Of a stretch of 52,877 nt of DNA, positions 24,050 to 33,879 are shown in pieces. How positions within the stretch are numbered: the first letter of the stretch is position 1; the number at the start of each line of letters is the position of its first letter. The position numbers were made by a program, and so were the translations under genes. The notes below the pieces were generated by a model. The model was not told the DNA's origin. It ran no database searches and saw only the letters and a program-made list of their open reading frames with translations. The DNA is taken from assembly GCA_036771335.1 (NCBI GenBank), contig DAIPHN010000001.1:1-52877 (forward strand), in the 5' to 3' direction. Origin of the DNA: Burkholderiales bacterium (lineage in GTDB: Bacteria > Pseudomonadota > Gammaproteobacteria > Burkholderiales > Ga0077523).

Positions 24050-25573
24050 GTGCTCCTTCGCGCGGTGCTCGCCAGCATCGTCATGACACCGTTAGGCACG
24101 CTCTCGGCCGCAGACGCGCAGCCGCCTGCCCCGGCAACGCAGGCTGCTGCCGCAATCCCGCAGATTTCCGCGGCCGCCACGGACGCGGCCGGCCACGCGC
24201 CCGCGGGCGCGAAGCCGAAACCAGCACCGACGCCGGCGCCGAAGGGCGGCGGCCCGACCGGCAGGTATGTGGAGTCGCGCGGCATCGGCCCCCGGCGCGA
24301 CACGCAACCGCCGCGCTACGTCCGTCAGGCGGACAAGACCGGTATCAAGGCCTTCGAGGGTCTCGACTGGATCGATCTGGGTCTCGACTATCGGGTTCGC
24401 TACGAATACCGCGACAACGACTACCGTCGCAGCGTCCAGACTCTCGACGCCCCATTCCTGCTGCGTACCCGTTTCTATCTCGGCATCAAGCACAAGCTCG
24501 ATCCGCTGCGCCTGGTGCTGGAGGTGGAGGATGCGCGCTGGAGCGGCAGCCAGTTCCCCGACAACGACCGCGACGTGAACACCGCAGAACCGATACAGGC
24601 TTTCGGTGAGCTGTACTTCGCCGATGCCATCGGCAAGAGCCGACCGCTGAGCCTCAAGTTCGGGCGCCAGGCGTTCGAGTACCTCGACCGGCGCTTGCTC
24701 GCGCGCAACGAATGGCGCAACACCACCAACACCTTCGATGGCCTCCGCGCCACCTTCGGCCGGCAGGAGAACGACTGGCAACTGGATCTGCTCGCGCTGC
24801 GCCCGGTCGACCGGCTGCTCTACGAGCTGGACCGCACCAACGCCAGTCGCTGGCTGAGTGGCGTCGTCGGAGACTGGCGGCGCTGGTCGAAGGTGGTGAC
24901 GCTCCAGCCCTATTACCTTCACTTCACGCAGGACGCAGCGCTCTCGCCCGCCCGAGCGGCGCGCGACGTCCACACCATGGGGCTGCGCGCCTACGGCATT
25001 GTCGGCGCTTCGGGATGGGACTGGGATGTGGATCTCGCACAGCAGTTCGGAAAGGACGGGTCAAAGCAGCATCGGGCCCAGGGCCTCGTGGTGGAGGCGG
25101 GCTACTCACCGCTCCATCCCTGGAAGCCGCGACTCAGCGCCAACTACTCCTACGCCAGCGGCGACCGCAACTCCGCCGACGGTGTGAACCAGCGCTTCGA
25201 GCGCCTGTTCGGCTTCTCCCGACCGTTCTCGGCCAACGACTACGTGCAGTGGGAGAACATGAGCGCCCCGAAGCTCAGGATCGAGTTCGACCCCGCCTCC
25301 CAGGTGCGCGTGGACGCAGGCTATAGCTGGTACTGGCTGGCGAGCGCCACTGACCGCTGGGGCGTCACCGGCCTGCACGATCCCAGCGGCGCCAGCGGCA
25401 CATTCATGGGGCAGGAGTTCGACGTGCGGGTGCGCTTCCCTGTCGGTGCGAGGGTGGGGGTCAACGTGGGCTACGCGTGGTTCCGCCCCGGCGCCTTCAC
25501 GCGCGCCACCAGCGGGCGCAGTGACGCCTCGGAATTCCTCTATGTGGAGCTGATGCTCAACGCGTTCCGCTGA
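24050..25573 (+). CDS. Outer-membrane beta-barrel, alginate-export-like porin family
   Basis: The GTG start gives the signal peptide MLLRAVLASIVMTPLGTLSAADA. DLGLDYRVRYEYRDNDYRR and the alternating beta-strand pattern ending in ...ELMLNAFR fit this family. Both the start and the family assignment are tentative. Confidence 0.6.
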   Translation: MLLRAVLASIVMTPLGTLSAADAQPPAPATQAAAAIPQISAAATDAAGHAPAGAKPKPAPTPAPKGGGPTGRYVESRGIGPRRDTQPPRYVRQADKTGIKAFEGLDWIDLGLDYRVRYEYRDNDYRRSVQTLDAPFLLRTRFYLGIKHKLDPLRLVLEVEDARWSGSQFPDNDRDVNTAEPIQAFGELYFADAIGKSRPLSLKFGRQAFEYLDRRLLARNEWRNTTNTFDGLRATFGRQENDWQLDLLALRPVDRLLYELDRTNASRWLSGVVGDWRRWSKVVTLQPYYLHFTQDAALSPARAARDVHTMGLRAYGIVGASGWDWDVDLAQQFGKDGSKQHRAQGLVVEAGYSPLHPWKPRLSANYSYASGDRNSADGVNQRFERLFGFSRPFSANDYVQWENMSAPKLRIEFDPASQVRVDAGYSWYWLASATDRWGVTGLHDPSGASGTFMGQEFDVRVRFPVGARVGVNVGYAWFRPGAFTRATSGRSDASEFLYVELMLNAFR

Positions 25574-25599
25574 GCGAAGCGCGCGGCACCCGCGACCGC

Positions 25600-26715
25600 T
25601 CAGAAAAAAGCGCCGCGGGCGTCTACTGCCCAGAGGCATTCCACCACGCCGCCGCGCACGCCCACGATCCATTCGTGCAGGTTCACGGTGGGGTCGCAGT
25701 GGCCGGGAACGAGGCGGATACGGACGCCCAAGGGCAGTTCGGTACCGGGCGCCAGTTCCAGTACACCGTGTTCGTCCGAGGCGCGGGTGTAGCGCGCACC
25801 GGCGAAGTCCGCCACCAGCGGCATGCCCGAGTCAACGGAATGCGCCTTCAGGCCCGCGTCCACCACGGCGCGCCCGGGTCGCGGCCGGCTCATCACCGTG
25901 GCGAGCAGGTACAGGCTCTGGCGGAAGGTGGACAGGGGTGCGCCGTCAGCATCGAGATTGCGCTGGTAGTCGGCGTCCATGAATACGTAGGAGCCAGGCT
26001 GGATTTCGTTGTAGACGCCGCTGGCGGCCTCCAGCAGGTAGGTGCCCGTGCCGGCACCCGTGACCACCGCCGCGTGCAGGCCGGCGCGCGCCAGCGCTGT
26101 CTGGGTGGCGCGCACGCCCGCGACGGCGGTGTCGATGGCCGCGGCTCGCGCTTCGGGGGTACGCAGGTGCTGTGCCGCCCCCTGGTAGGCGTGCAGGCCC
26201 GCGAAGCGCAGACCCGGCTGCCGCGCCACCAGAGTGGCCAGGGCGGCGGCGGGTTCACCCGTGGGCACGCCGCAGCGCCCCGCGCCCACATCCACTTCCA
26301 CGTACACGTCCAGCCGGGCGCCAGCCCCCGCCACGGCGCCGGCCAGTGCCGCCACGCCCTGCGGGTCGTCCACCCGCCCGCCCACTTGGGCGCGCAAGGC
26401 CAGGGCTGCCAGGCGCGCGAGCTTGCGCTCGCCGATCACCTCGTTGCTCACCACCACGTCGTGGACGCCGCCATCCACCAGCGCCTCAGCCTCGCTCACC
26501 TTCTGGCAGCACACGCCCACGGCGCCGCGCGCCACCTGAAGCCGCGCGATGGCGGCGCACTTGTGGCTCTTGGCATGGGGACGCAGGCGCACTGCCTGGC
26601 CGGCCAGGGAGCGATCCAGGGCCTCCAGGTTGTGCTCGAAGGCGTCCAGGTCCAGCAGCAGGGCCGGGGTGTCCACGGCCTGCACGGGCATGCCCGGTTC
26701 GGCGGGCGGGCTCAT
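25600..26715 (-). CDS. DSD1-family PLP enzyme (D-serine deaminase / D-threonine aldolase-like, alanine-racemase N-terminal fold)
   Basis: DTPALLLDLDAFEHNL...RPHAKSHKC (PLP Lys) and a C-terminal PGHCDPTVNLH are present. Confidence 0.85.
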   Translation of the reverse strand: MSPPAEPGMPVQAVDTPALLLDLDAFEHNLEALDRSLAGQAVRLRPHAKSHKCAAIARLQVARGAVGVCCQKVSEAEALVDGGVHDVVVSNEVIGERKLARLAALALRAQVGGRVDDPQGVAALAGAVAGAGARLDVYVEVDVGAGRCGVPTGEPAAALATLVARQPGLRFAGLHAYQGAAQHLRTPEARAAAIDTAVAGVRATQTALARAGLHAAVVTGAGTGTYLLEAASGVYNEIQPGSYVFMDADYQRNLDADGAPLSTFRQSLYLLATVMSRPRPGRAVVDAGLKAHSVDSGMPLVADFAGARYTRASDEHGVLELAPGTELPLGVRIRLVPGHCDPTVNLHEWIVGVRGGVVECLWAVDARGAFF

Positions 26716-27062
26716 CCGTGAAACCGGGCCAGATAGCCGTAGTAGAACGCCGCCAGGCCCGCGAGCCCGGCCGTGAACCATGCCGCCCCGGCGGCGAAGC
26801 GCAGCGTCGCCCGGGGGTCGGCGGGTGCCGGCGCGGTGCGTTGCCCGGCGCCCGGATCGCCCACGATGCCTTCGGCAGCCAGCCAGGCGCGCGTGGCGTC
26901 GGCGCATAGCAGCGCCCCGGCGATCACGCAGGCGAGCAGCCAGGTGAAGGTGGCCGACAGGCGTAGCGCTTCCTCGGTGGCCAGCTGCCAGACGGCAGCG
27001 AGCGCCAGCAACCCGGCCAGCAGACCCAGGGACACGAACCGCGGCGCCAGCGAGCCGGTCAT
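26712..27062 (-). CDS. Small integral membrane protein (3-4 predicted helices)
   Basis: It has hydrophobic segments and makes ATGA overlaps with both neighbouring genes (27059-27062 and 26712-26715). Confidence 0.55.
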   Translation of the reverse strand: MTGSLAPRFVSLGLLAGLLALAAVWQLATEEALRLSATFTWLLACVIAGALLCADATRAWLAAEGIVGDPGAGQRTAPAPADPRATLRFAAGAAWFTAGLAGLAAFYYGYLARFHG

Positions 27063-27391
27063 TGCGGGCGGCCTGTTTCGCAATCCTTCTTGAGAACCGC
27101 CCCGGCGCTCTGCACGCCCAGGTTGCGGCCGAGGTTGCCGTAAAGGATCTCGATCACGTCAGCCAGGTTGCGCTTCTCCACAGGGTCGCCGTAGGTGCGC
27201 GTCTCCAGGGACGCCAGCGCCTCGTCCCTGGTGCGGCCCTGCTTCTTTTCAGCCATGGTTTCGGAAGCGAAGCGGCCGATGTCCTCGCAGGTCATGGTGC
27301 CCAGCGGGTAGTTGGCAGCCTGGGCGCTGACAGCGGCCAGGAAAAGAGCGAACATGCCGGCCAGGCCGGTGGTGGTGGGGCTGTATTGCAT
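27059..27391 (-). CDS. Small secreted protein (two Cys), family unknown
   Basis: MQYSPTTTGLAGMFALFLAAVSAQA is a signal peptide. It is the first gene of a three-gene overlapping operon. Confidence 0.5.
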   Translation of the reverse strand: MQYSPTTTGLAGMFALFLAAVSAQAANYPLGTMTCEDIGRFASETMAEKKQGRTRDEALASLETRTYGDPVEKRNLADVIEILYGNLGRNLGVQSAGAVLKKDCETGRPQ

Positions 27392-27529
27392 GGGATGGCT
27401 CTCGAAATGGTCCGGGACATGCCGGCCGGGTAGAATCCGTCCACCCCCAGACGCCGCGGACAACGGTCTCCGATTCTAAGTGAAGCCGGACGTTCTCCGG
27501 CCCGCACCCTGCGCACTCAGGCCCCCGCC

Positions 27530-28990
27530 ATGCCCGAGCACTACGGTCCTGCCCATCCCCGCGGCGCCATCGCCGACCTCGCATCCAATCTCGCCGCGGG
27601 CCTGAGCGCGTTCGCGCTGCGGCCGCCCCCGGGGCGGCGCTGGCGCCCCTTCGCCGACCAGGTGGTGCTGCTGGCGCTGCTGGATGCGGCGCTCGGCGTG
27701 GCCGCAGCGGTACAGCGCGGCGGGCCCGCGGGCCGCTTCGCGGTGGAGGCGGTGCCGAGGCTGCTGCTGCCCTTCGCCCTCGCCCTGCTGGCCGGCTGGG
27801 CGGTGGCGCGGGTGCTGCGCCGCCCGGCGCTGTTGCCTCTGGTGGCGGTGTCCTGCCTGGCCACATCCTTCTGGTTCGACTTGCTGGGGGAGCTTCTGCA
27901 GACGGCCATCGACGCGGAGTGGGCCTGGATCCAGGCGCGCGAGCAGACGGCGTGGAGCGTGCTGTTCGCGTGGTGGGCCGCGGCCGTGGGTCTGGCCGCC
28001 GCGCGCGCGGTCGAGGCCCGCTGGCAGCCCCGCCTGGCCGCGTTCGGCTGGACCGCGCTGGTGGCGGCGGCGCCCCTCTGGTGGTTTCCCTACCAGCCCC
28101 TCTGGGAGGCCGCGGAGGACGTGGCGCCGGAGGACCGGCCCGATGCCTGGGCCGCGGTGCGCGAGGACGAGCTCTACCGCCAGGCTGAGCTGCTCGAGCG
28201 GTCGGTGGCGCGGCTCGACGCCCAGCGTCCCGGCACCGCCGACGTGTTCTTCCTGGGGGTGGCGGGATACGCGGCAGAGGACGTGTTCCTCAACGAGGCG
28301 ACTCTCGCCGCCTCGGTGGTGGAGGAGCGCCTCGACGCCCGCGGCCGGACAGTGACGCTTGCCAACAATCCCCGCTCGGTGCAGGCGCTGCCCATGGCCA
28401 GCGTCACGGCGCTATCGCGCGCGGTGCGGTCGGTGGCGCAGCGCATGGACCGCGAGGAGGATTTTTTGCTGCTGTTCATCACCAGCCACGGCTCCGAGAA
28501 TCACCGGGTGGCGATGGAATTCTGGCCGCTGCAGCTGCAGCCCGTATCCCCCCAGGTCCTCAAGGCCATGCTCGACGAAGCCGGGGTGCGTTGGCGCATC
28601 GTGGTAGTGTCGGCCTGCTTCTCGGGGGGGTTCGTCTCCCCCCTGGCCGATGAGCGCACCGTGGTGATCACCGCCGCGGCGGCGAACCGGCAGTCCTTCG
28701 GTTGCGGAAACGGCTCGGATCTCACCTGGTTCGGTCGTGCCTTCTTCGACGAGGCGCTGCGGCGCACGTTCTCGCTGCCCGAGGCGTTTGCCCAGGCGCG
28801 CGCGCTGCCCGCCGATCGCGAGCGCGAGCGCGGCTACCAGGCTTCCGAGCCGCAGATGTTCGTCGGCGCGGAAATCGCCCCGCGGCTGGAGGCCCTCGAG
28901 CAGCGCCTCATGCGCCGCGCAATCCCCGGCACCCGGGAGGCATCGTGCGCGCCTGGCCCTTGTGCAGGGGACGCCCGGCGGGCAAACTGA
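27530..28990 (+). CDS. Membrane-anchored peptidase C13 (legumain-like) family protein
   Basis: The N-terminus is multi-TM. The C-terminus has DVFFLGVAGY...LLFITSHGS...VVVSACFSGGF (His/Cys catalytic dyad context). Confidence 0.8.
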   Translation: MPEHYGPAHPRGAIADLASNLAAGLSAFALRPPPGRRWRPFADQVVLLALLDAALGVAAAVQRGGPAGRFAVEAVPRLLLPFALALLAGWAVARVLRRPALLPLVAVSCLATSFWFDLLGELLQTAIDAEWAWIQAREQTAWSVLFAWWAAAVGLAAARAVEARWQPRLAAFGWTALVAAAPLWWFPYQPLWEAAEDVAPEDRPDAWAAVREDELYRQAELLERSVARLDAQRPGTADVFFLGVAGYAAEDVFLNEATLAASVVEERLDARGRTVTLANNPRSVQALPMASVTALSRAVRSVAQRMDREEDFLLLFITSHGSENHRVAMEFWPLQLQPVSPQVLKAMLDEAGVRWRIVVVSACFSGGFVSPLADERTVVITAAAANRQSFGCGNGSDLTWFGRAFFDEALRRTFSLPEAFAQARALPADRERERGYQASEPQMFVGAEIAPRLEALEQRLMRRAIPGTREASCAPGPCAGDARRAN

Positions 28991-29048
28991 CGCGACGCGA
29001 GGGCGCGGGGGGCTTGCGAGGAGCGATGCGATGGTTCGGGATTCACGC

Positions 29049-29702
29049 ATGAGGGTCACAGTCGCCCTGCTGGCCGCGCTGGTGTGCGGTGCGCCCGCGG
29101 GGCTCGCCGCTGCGGCGCAGCCCTGGAAGGGCAGTCTGACGCGCGCCGAGGCCTTGCGCGACACGGGTAGCGGCCAGCTGGAGCGGCGGCGCCACGCTTA
29201 CCTGCGCCTGGCGGACGTGGGCACCATGGAAGATATCCCAGTGCTGCTGCTGGCGCTGCGCGATGAGGAGGAGCTCATTCGCGGCGTGGCCGAGCAGGTG
29301 ATCTGGGGCATCTGGATGCGGGCCGGCGACAGCGTGGCCGATCCCATGTTCCAGACCGGGCTGCAACTCATGCAGGAAAAGAACTACCTCGGCGCCCGCG
29401 ACAAGTTGTCCCAGGTGATCGAGCTCAAGCCCGAATTCGCCGAAGCGTGGAACCGGCGCGGGGAAGCCAATGTGCTGCTCGACCGCTGGGACGACGCCTT
29501 CGCCGATTTTCACAAGGCCGTGGAGTTGAACCCCCATCACTTTGGCGCGCTCGAGGGCATGGGGCACTGCCGCCTCAACCGCAACGATCCTGTGGCCGCG
29601 GTGGAGTATTTCCGGCGCGCCATCGAGATCACCCCCAACCTTTGGGACGTGTACGAAGTCCTCAAGAGGGCCGAGGCAGCAGCGGAGAAGAGCCGCACCT
29701 GA
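29049..29702 (+). CDS. Secreted HEAT/TPR-repeat protein
   Basis: The signal peptide is MRVTVALLAALVCGAPAGLAAAA. TPR-like repeats include AEAWNRRGEANVLLDRWDDAFADFHKAVELNP. Confidence 0.8.
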   Translation: MRVTVALLAALVCGAPAGLAAAAQPWKGSLTRAEALRDTGSGQLERRRHAYLRLADVGTMEDIPVLLLALRDEEELIRGVAEQVIWGIWMRAGDSVADPMFQTGLQLMQEKNYLGARDKLSQVIELKPEFAEAWNRRGEANVLLDRWDDAFADFHKAVELNPHHFGALEGMGHCRLNRNDPVAAVEYFRRAIEITPNLWDVYEVLKRAEAAAEKSRT

Positions 29703-29758
29703 TCGCACCAGCGCGGGCCCCGCCGAGGGGTTGCGTGATCGAATCGAGGTATCCAGGC

Positions 29759-31429
29759 ATGAGCGCATCGCAACGACCCTGGCTCGCCCAGTATCCGCCC
29801 GGCACGCCCGCGGAGATCGGCCCGCTGCCCCATCCCACCGTACCCGCGCTGGTGGACGCGGCGGTGAAGAAGTTCGGTGACCGGCCAGCCTTCGAAAACT
29901 TCGGCGTGCGGCTGTCCTACCGTGATGTAGACGGCCTGTCGCGCGATTTCGCCGCCTGGCTGCAGCAGGGCCTGGGGCTGAAGAAGGGCGACCGCGTCGC
30001 GGTGATGATGCCCAACCTGCTGCAGTACCCTGTGGCGCTTTTTGGCATCCTGCGCGCAGGCATGGTGGTGGTAAGCGTCAATCCCCTCTACACGCCGCGC
30101 GAGCTGGAGTATCAGCTGCAGGACTCGGGGGCGGCGGCCATCGTCATTTTCGAGGGTGCCGCGGCGGCCCTGCAGCAGGTGCTGCGCGCCACGCCCGTAC
30201 GCATCGTGGTGGTGGCCTCGGTGGGCGACATGCTGGGGTTTCCCAAGGGGATGTTGCTCAACTTCGTGCTTCGCCGCGTCAAGAAAATGGTGCCGGCGTG
30301 GAGCCTCCCGGGGGCGGTGCGCTTTCCCGAGGCGCTGGCGCGGGGGGGTGGCCTGCGCTTCGAGCCGCCGGCGGTGGACACGGAAGACCTCGCCTTCCTG
30401 CAATACACCGGCGGCACCACCGGCGTGTCCAAGGGGGCGATGCTGAAGCACCGCAACGTGCTGGCCGACGTGGAACAGGTGTACTCGCTGTTCCGCGGCA
30501 CCATCAAGGAGGGCGAGGAGGTGGCCGTGGCGCCGCTGCCGTTCTATCACATCCTCGCGCTGGTGATGAACTGCATGATGCACTTCTCGCTGGGCAGCCG
30601 GCAGATCCTCATCACCAACCCGCGTGACATCCCGCGCCTGGTCAAGGCCCTCGATGGCAGCGGCTTCACTTTCTTCGTGGGCGTGAACACCCTCTACAAC
30701 GCCCTCGCCCACAACGCCGATTTCGCGCGTCTCGACTTCAGCGGGGTGAAGGTGTTCGGCGGCGGCGGGGCGCCGTTGCAGATGGCCGTGGCCGAGCGCT
30801 GGAAGCGCATCACCAGCCGCCCGCTTCTGGAGGGCTACGGCCTTACGGAAACCTCCGGGGCTGCCACAATCAACCCGCCCACCATCACCGATCACACCGG
30901 CACCGCCGGCATCCCCACGCCAGGCACGGAGATCGAGATCCGCGACGAGCTTGGTAACGCCCTGCCCCTGGGCGGCACGGGCGAGGTGTGCATCCGCGGC
31001 CCGCAGGTCATGGCGGGCTACTGGAACCGCCCCGACGAAACAGCCCGCGCCATCGGCAAGGACGGATTCTTCGCCAGCGGCGACATTGGCCAGTTCACCC
31101 CTGAGGGCTACCTCAAGATCGTGGACCGGCTCAAGGACATGGTGCTGGTGTCGGGCTTCAACGTCTACCCCAACGAGGTGGAGGATGTGCTCGCAACCCA
31201 CCCAGGCATTCTCGAGGCAGCGGTGATCGGCGTGCCCGACGAGCACTCCGGCGAGGTGGTGAAGGCCGTGGTGGTCCGCAAGGACCCTTCCCTCACCGCC
31301 GAGGCGGTCATCGCCCACTGCCACGCCAACCTCACGGGCTACAAGGTTCCCAGGCACGTGGAGTTCCGCGACACGCTGCCCAAGACTCCCGTGGGCAAGA
31401 TCCTGCGGCGCGAACTGCGCGCACGCTGA
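29759..31429 (+). CDS. fadD: Long-chain fatty-acid--CoA ligase
   Basis: The N-terminus is WLAQYPPGTPAEI. The AMP-binding motif is LQYTGGTTGVSKGA, followed by GYGLTE and KILRRELR. Confidence 0.9.
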   Translation: MSASQRPWLAQYPPGTPAEIGPLPHPTVPALVDAAVKKFGDRPAFENFGVRLSYRDVDGLSRDFAAWLQQGLGLKKGDRVAVMMPNLLQYPVALFGILRAGMVVVSVNPLYTPRELEYQLQDSGAAAIVIFEGAAAALQQVLRATPVRIVVVASVGDMLGFPKGMLLNFVLRRVKKMVPAWSLPGAVRFPEALARGGGLRFEPPAVDTEDLAFLQYTGGTTGVSKGAMLKHRNVLADVEQVYSLFRGTIKEGEEVAVAPLPFYHILALVMNCMMHFSLGSRQILITNPRDIPRLVKALDGSGFTFFVGVNTLYNALAHNADFARLDFSGVKVFGGGGAPLQMAVAERWKRITSRPLLEGYGLTETSGAATINPPTITDHTGTAGIPTPGTEIEIRDELGNALPLGGTGEVCIRGPQVMAGYWNRPDETARAIGKDGFFASGDIGQFTPEGYLKIVDRLKDMVLVSGFNVYPNEVEDVLATHPGILEAAVIGVPDEHSGEVVKAVVVRKDPSLTAEAVIAHCHANLTGYKVPRHVEFRDTLPKTPVGKILRRELRAR

Positions 31430-31469
31430 TGCCCCGGCCTCCGGGAGCGCCCGGCGTCCGGCCGGCCCG

Positions 31470-32648
31470 TTGACCGCGCGCTTCGACGCTATCGTCATCG
31501 GCGCCGGGGCGGCGGGCATGATGTGCGCCGCCACCGCTGGCCAGCGCGGCCGGCGGGTGCTGCTGGTGGATCACGCCGCCAAGCTTGGCGAGAAGATCCG
31601 CATCTCCGGCGGCGGGCGCTGCAATTTCACTAACCTGCACTGCTCGCCGGCGAACTTCATCTCGCGAAACCCACATTTCTGCCGTTCGGCGCTGGCGCGC
31701 TACACGCCGCGGCACTTCATCGATCTGGTGGAGCGTCACGGCATCGGCTGGCACGAGAAGAAGCTCGGCCAGCTGTTCTGCGACGACAGCGCCACGCGCA
31801 TCATCGCCATGCTGAAGTCGGAGTGCGACGCCGGCGGCGTGCAGTGGCGCATGCCCTGCGAGGTGTCATCCATCGCGCGCGTCGCGGGCGGATTCGAAGT
31901 GTCCACCTCCGCGGGCCGTTTCTCGGCGCCGTGCTTGGTGATTGCCACGGGCGGTTTGTCCATTCCCAAGATCGGCGCGAGCCCCTTCGGGTATCGGGCG
32001 GCGGAGCAGTTCGGCTTGCCGGTGGTGCCGCCGCGGCCTGCGCTGGTGCCGCTCACCTTCGATGCGCAGGAACTGGCGAGCTTCGGGGATCTCGCCGGGG
32101 TGTCGGCCGAGGTGGAGGCCAGGGCGGGTGCGGGGCGCTTCCGCGAGAACCTGCTGTTCACCCACCGCGGCCTGTCGGGACCGTCGATCCTCCAGGTGTC
32201 CTCCTACTGGACCCCGGGTCAGCCGATCCACGTGGACTTGCTGCCCGACCATCCGGGCGAGTCGCTGTTCGAGGCCCATCGCTCAAGCCGCGCGCTGCCG
32301 GCCACGGTGCTGGCCGAGGCGCTGCCTCGCCGGCTTGCCCAAGTCTGGTGTGAGGCCGGGGGCGCCGGTTTGCCCCTGGACCAGACGCCCCGCAAGGCGC
32401 TGCACGCCCTTGCCGAGGGCCTGCACGACTGGCGGGTGAAACCCAGTGGCACGGCGGGCTACCAGAAGGCGGAGGTCACCCTGGGGGGCGTGGACACCGA
32501 CGCACTGTCCTCCAGGACGATGGAGGCGCGCCACGTGCCCGGCCTGTTCTTCATCGGCGAGGTGGTGGACGTGACCGGCCACCTGGGTGGGTTCAACTTC
32601 CAGTGGGCCTGGGCCTCCGGCCACGCGGCCGGCAGCGTCATCGGCTAG
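31470..32648 (+). CDS. HI0933/YhiN/BaiN-like FAD-dependent oxidoreductase
   Basis: FDAIVIGAGAAGMMCA, GGGRCNFTN and a C-terminal FIGEVVDVTGHLGGFNFQWAWASG are present. The start appears to be TTG. Confidence 0.88.
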   Translation: MTARFDAIVIGAGAAGMMCAATAGQRGRRVLLVDHAAKLGEKIRISGGGRCNFTNLHCSPANFISRNPHFCRSALARYTPRHFIDLVERHGIGWHEKKLGQLFCDDSATRIIAMLKSECDAGGVQWRMPCEVSSIARVAGGFEVSTSAGRFSAPCLVIATGGLSIPKIGASPFGYRAAEQFGLPVVPPRPALVPLTFDAQELASFGDLAGVSAEVEARAGAGRFRENLLFTHRGLSGPSILQVSSYWTPGQPIHVDLLPDHPGESLFEAHRSSRALPATVLAEALPRRLAQVWCEAGGAGLPLDQTPRKALHALAEGLHDWRVKPSGTAGYQKAEVTLGGVDTDALSSRTMEARHVPGLFFIGEVVDVTGHLGGFNFQWAWASGHAAGSVIG

Positions 32649-32835
32649 CTAGACAGCTGCGCGCGGGGCGCTGCCCCGGGGCCCTCGCCCGGCTCCAGCG
32701 GGCCTTTCGGCGGCACCGCGCGACGCCGGGCGCGGTCGCCCCCTGGCAAGGCCATGCGGGCCGCGCGTTGTGCAAGGGCGCAAGACGGTGGCGCCAGGTC
32801 ATCGGCGCCCAGGCTCACGCCATTGCGGGCTGCGC

Positions 32836-33477
32836 CTAGAACCACGGTTCGGGCAGGGCCTCCGCCTCCAGCGTGGCACGTACCGCCGGCCGCGCCGACA
32901 CGCGTCCGAGCAGTGGCGCCAGCGCGGGCACGGCGCGCGCCGGGCGCCGCATCTCCAGCGTCCAGTGGCACAGCATGAGCAGGAAGGGATCGGCCACGGT
33001 GTACGCATGCCCGCACAGCCACGGCCCGCTGGTGCGGGCAATCTCGCCCGCCACGTAGTCCAGGTCTTCGGCGACGCGCTGCTCGGCGGCAACCTTGACC
33101 TCGGCGGCCGCAGCCTCCGAGGCGCTTACGCGGTCAGGATAGAAGTGGCACAGCATGTGGGCCTGCAGCGTGTTGGTGAGGAACATGAGCCAGCGGTAGA
33201 GCAGGGCGCGGGCCGGGGTGCCGGGCGGCGGCGCCAGTTGCGCGCCGGGATGGGCGTCGGCAAGGTAAAGGCAGATGGCGGCCGCCTCGTACAGCGCCAT
33301 GCCGTCTGCCTCCAGCACGGGGATGCGGCCCAGCGGGTTGAGGTGCAGGAACGCCTCGGCCCGGTTCTCGTCCCGGGAGATGTCCACGGACGCCAGCTCG
33401 AAGGGGGCGCCGGTCTCGCGTAGCACCATGTGCGGCGCCATGCTGCCGAAGCCGGGGAAGTAGTGCAGGCGATACAT
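32836..33477 (-). CDS. Glutathione S-transferase
   Basis: MYRLHYFPGFGSMAPHMVL...LNPLGRIPVLE. The protein is 213 aa from an internal Met of the track ORF. Confidence 0.88.
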   Translation of the reverse strand: MYRLHYFPGFGSMAPHMVLRETGAPFELASVDISRDENRAEAFLHLNPLGRIPVLEADGMALYEAAAICLYLADAHPGAQLAPPPGTPARALLYRWLMFLTNTLQAHMLCHFYPDRVSASEAAAAEVKVAAEQRVAEDLDYVAGEIARTSGPWLCGHAYTVADPFLLMLCHWTLEMRRPARAVPALAPLLGRVSARPAVRATLEAEALPEPWF

Positions 33478-33879
33478 AGGGTTCTCCTGGAGCGTGTGCC
33501 CATCCGGGCCGGCGAGCGCAAGCCCAGATGGTGCCGGGCGGGCGGCGCGGCGTCCACGGGTCCATGTCAAGTTCATCCGCGCGGCGCGCGGATGCGCTCT
33601 GGTGGCGCATAGCCGTCCGTGACCTGGCCCGTTGCCTGCGCTCGCTGGACGGGCGCGCGTCGTCGGGGTGTGCGGGGTCAACGGCCGATGGTGCCGCGGC
33701 AGCCGCCACCCGCCCGGCGGCGCGGCCTTCGGTGTCATGCGTGCCGGGCCGGCTGACCGGTTCCCGCACCCCGCGCCCGGGCCGGTCCTGCCGCCCCCGA
33801 GCACCGGCGGGGCTGCGAAGCGCGGGGCATCGGAGAAACCACGGACGCCCCGACTCATTCGATCAGGAGGAAGTCAGGC

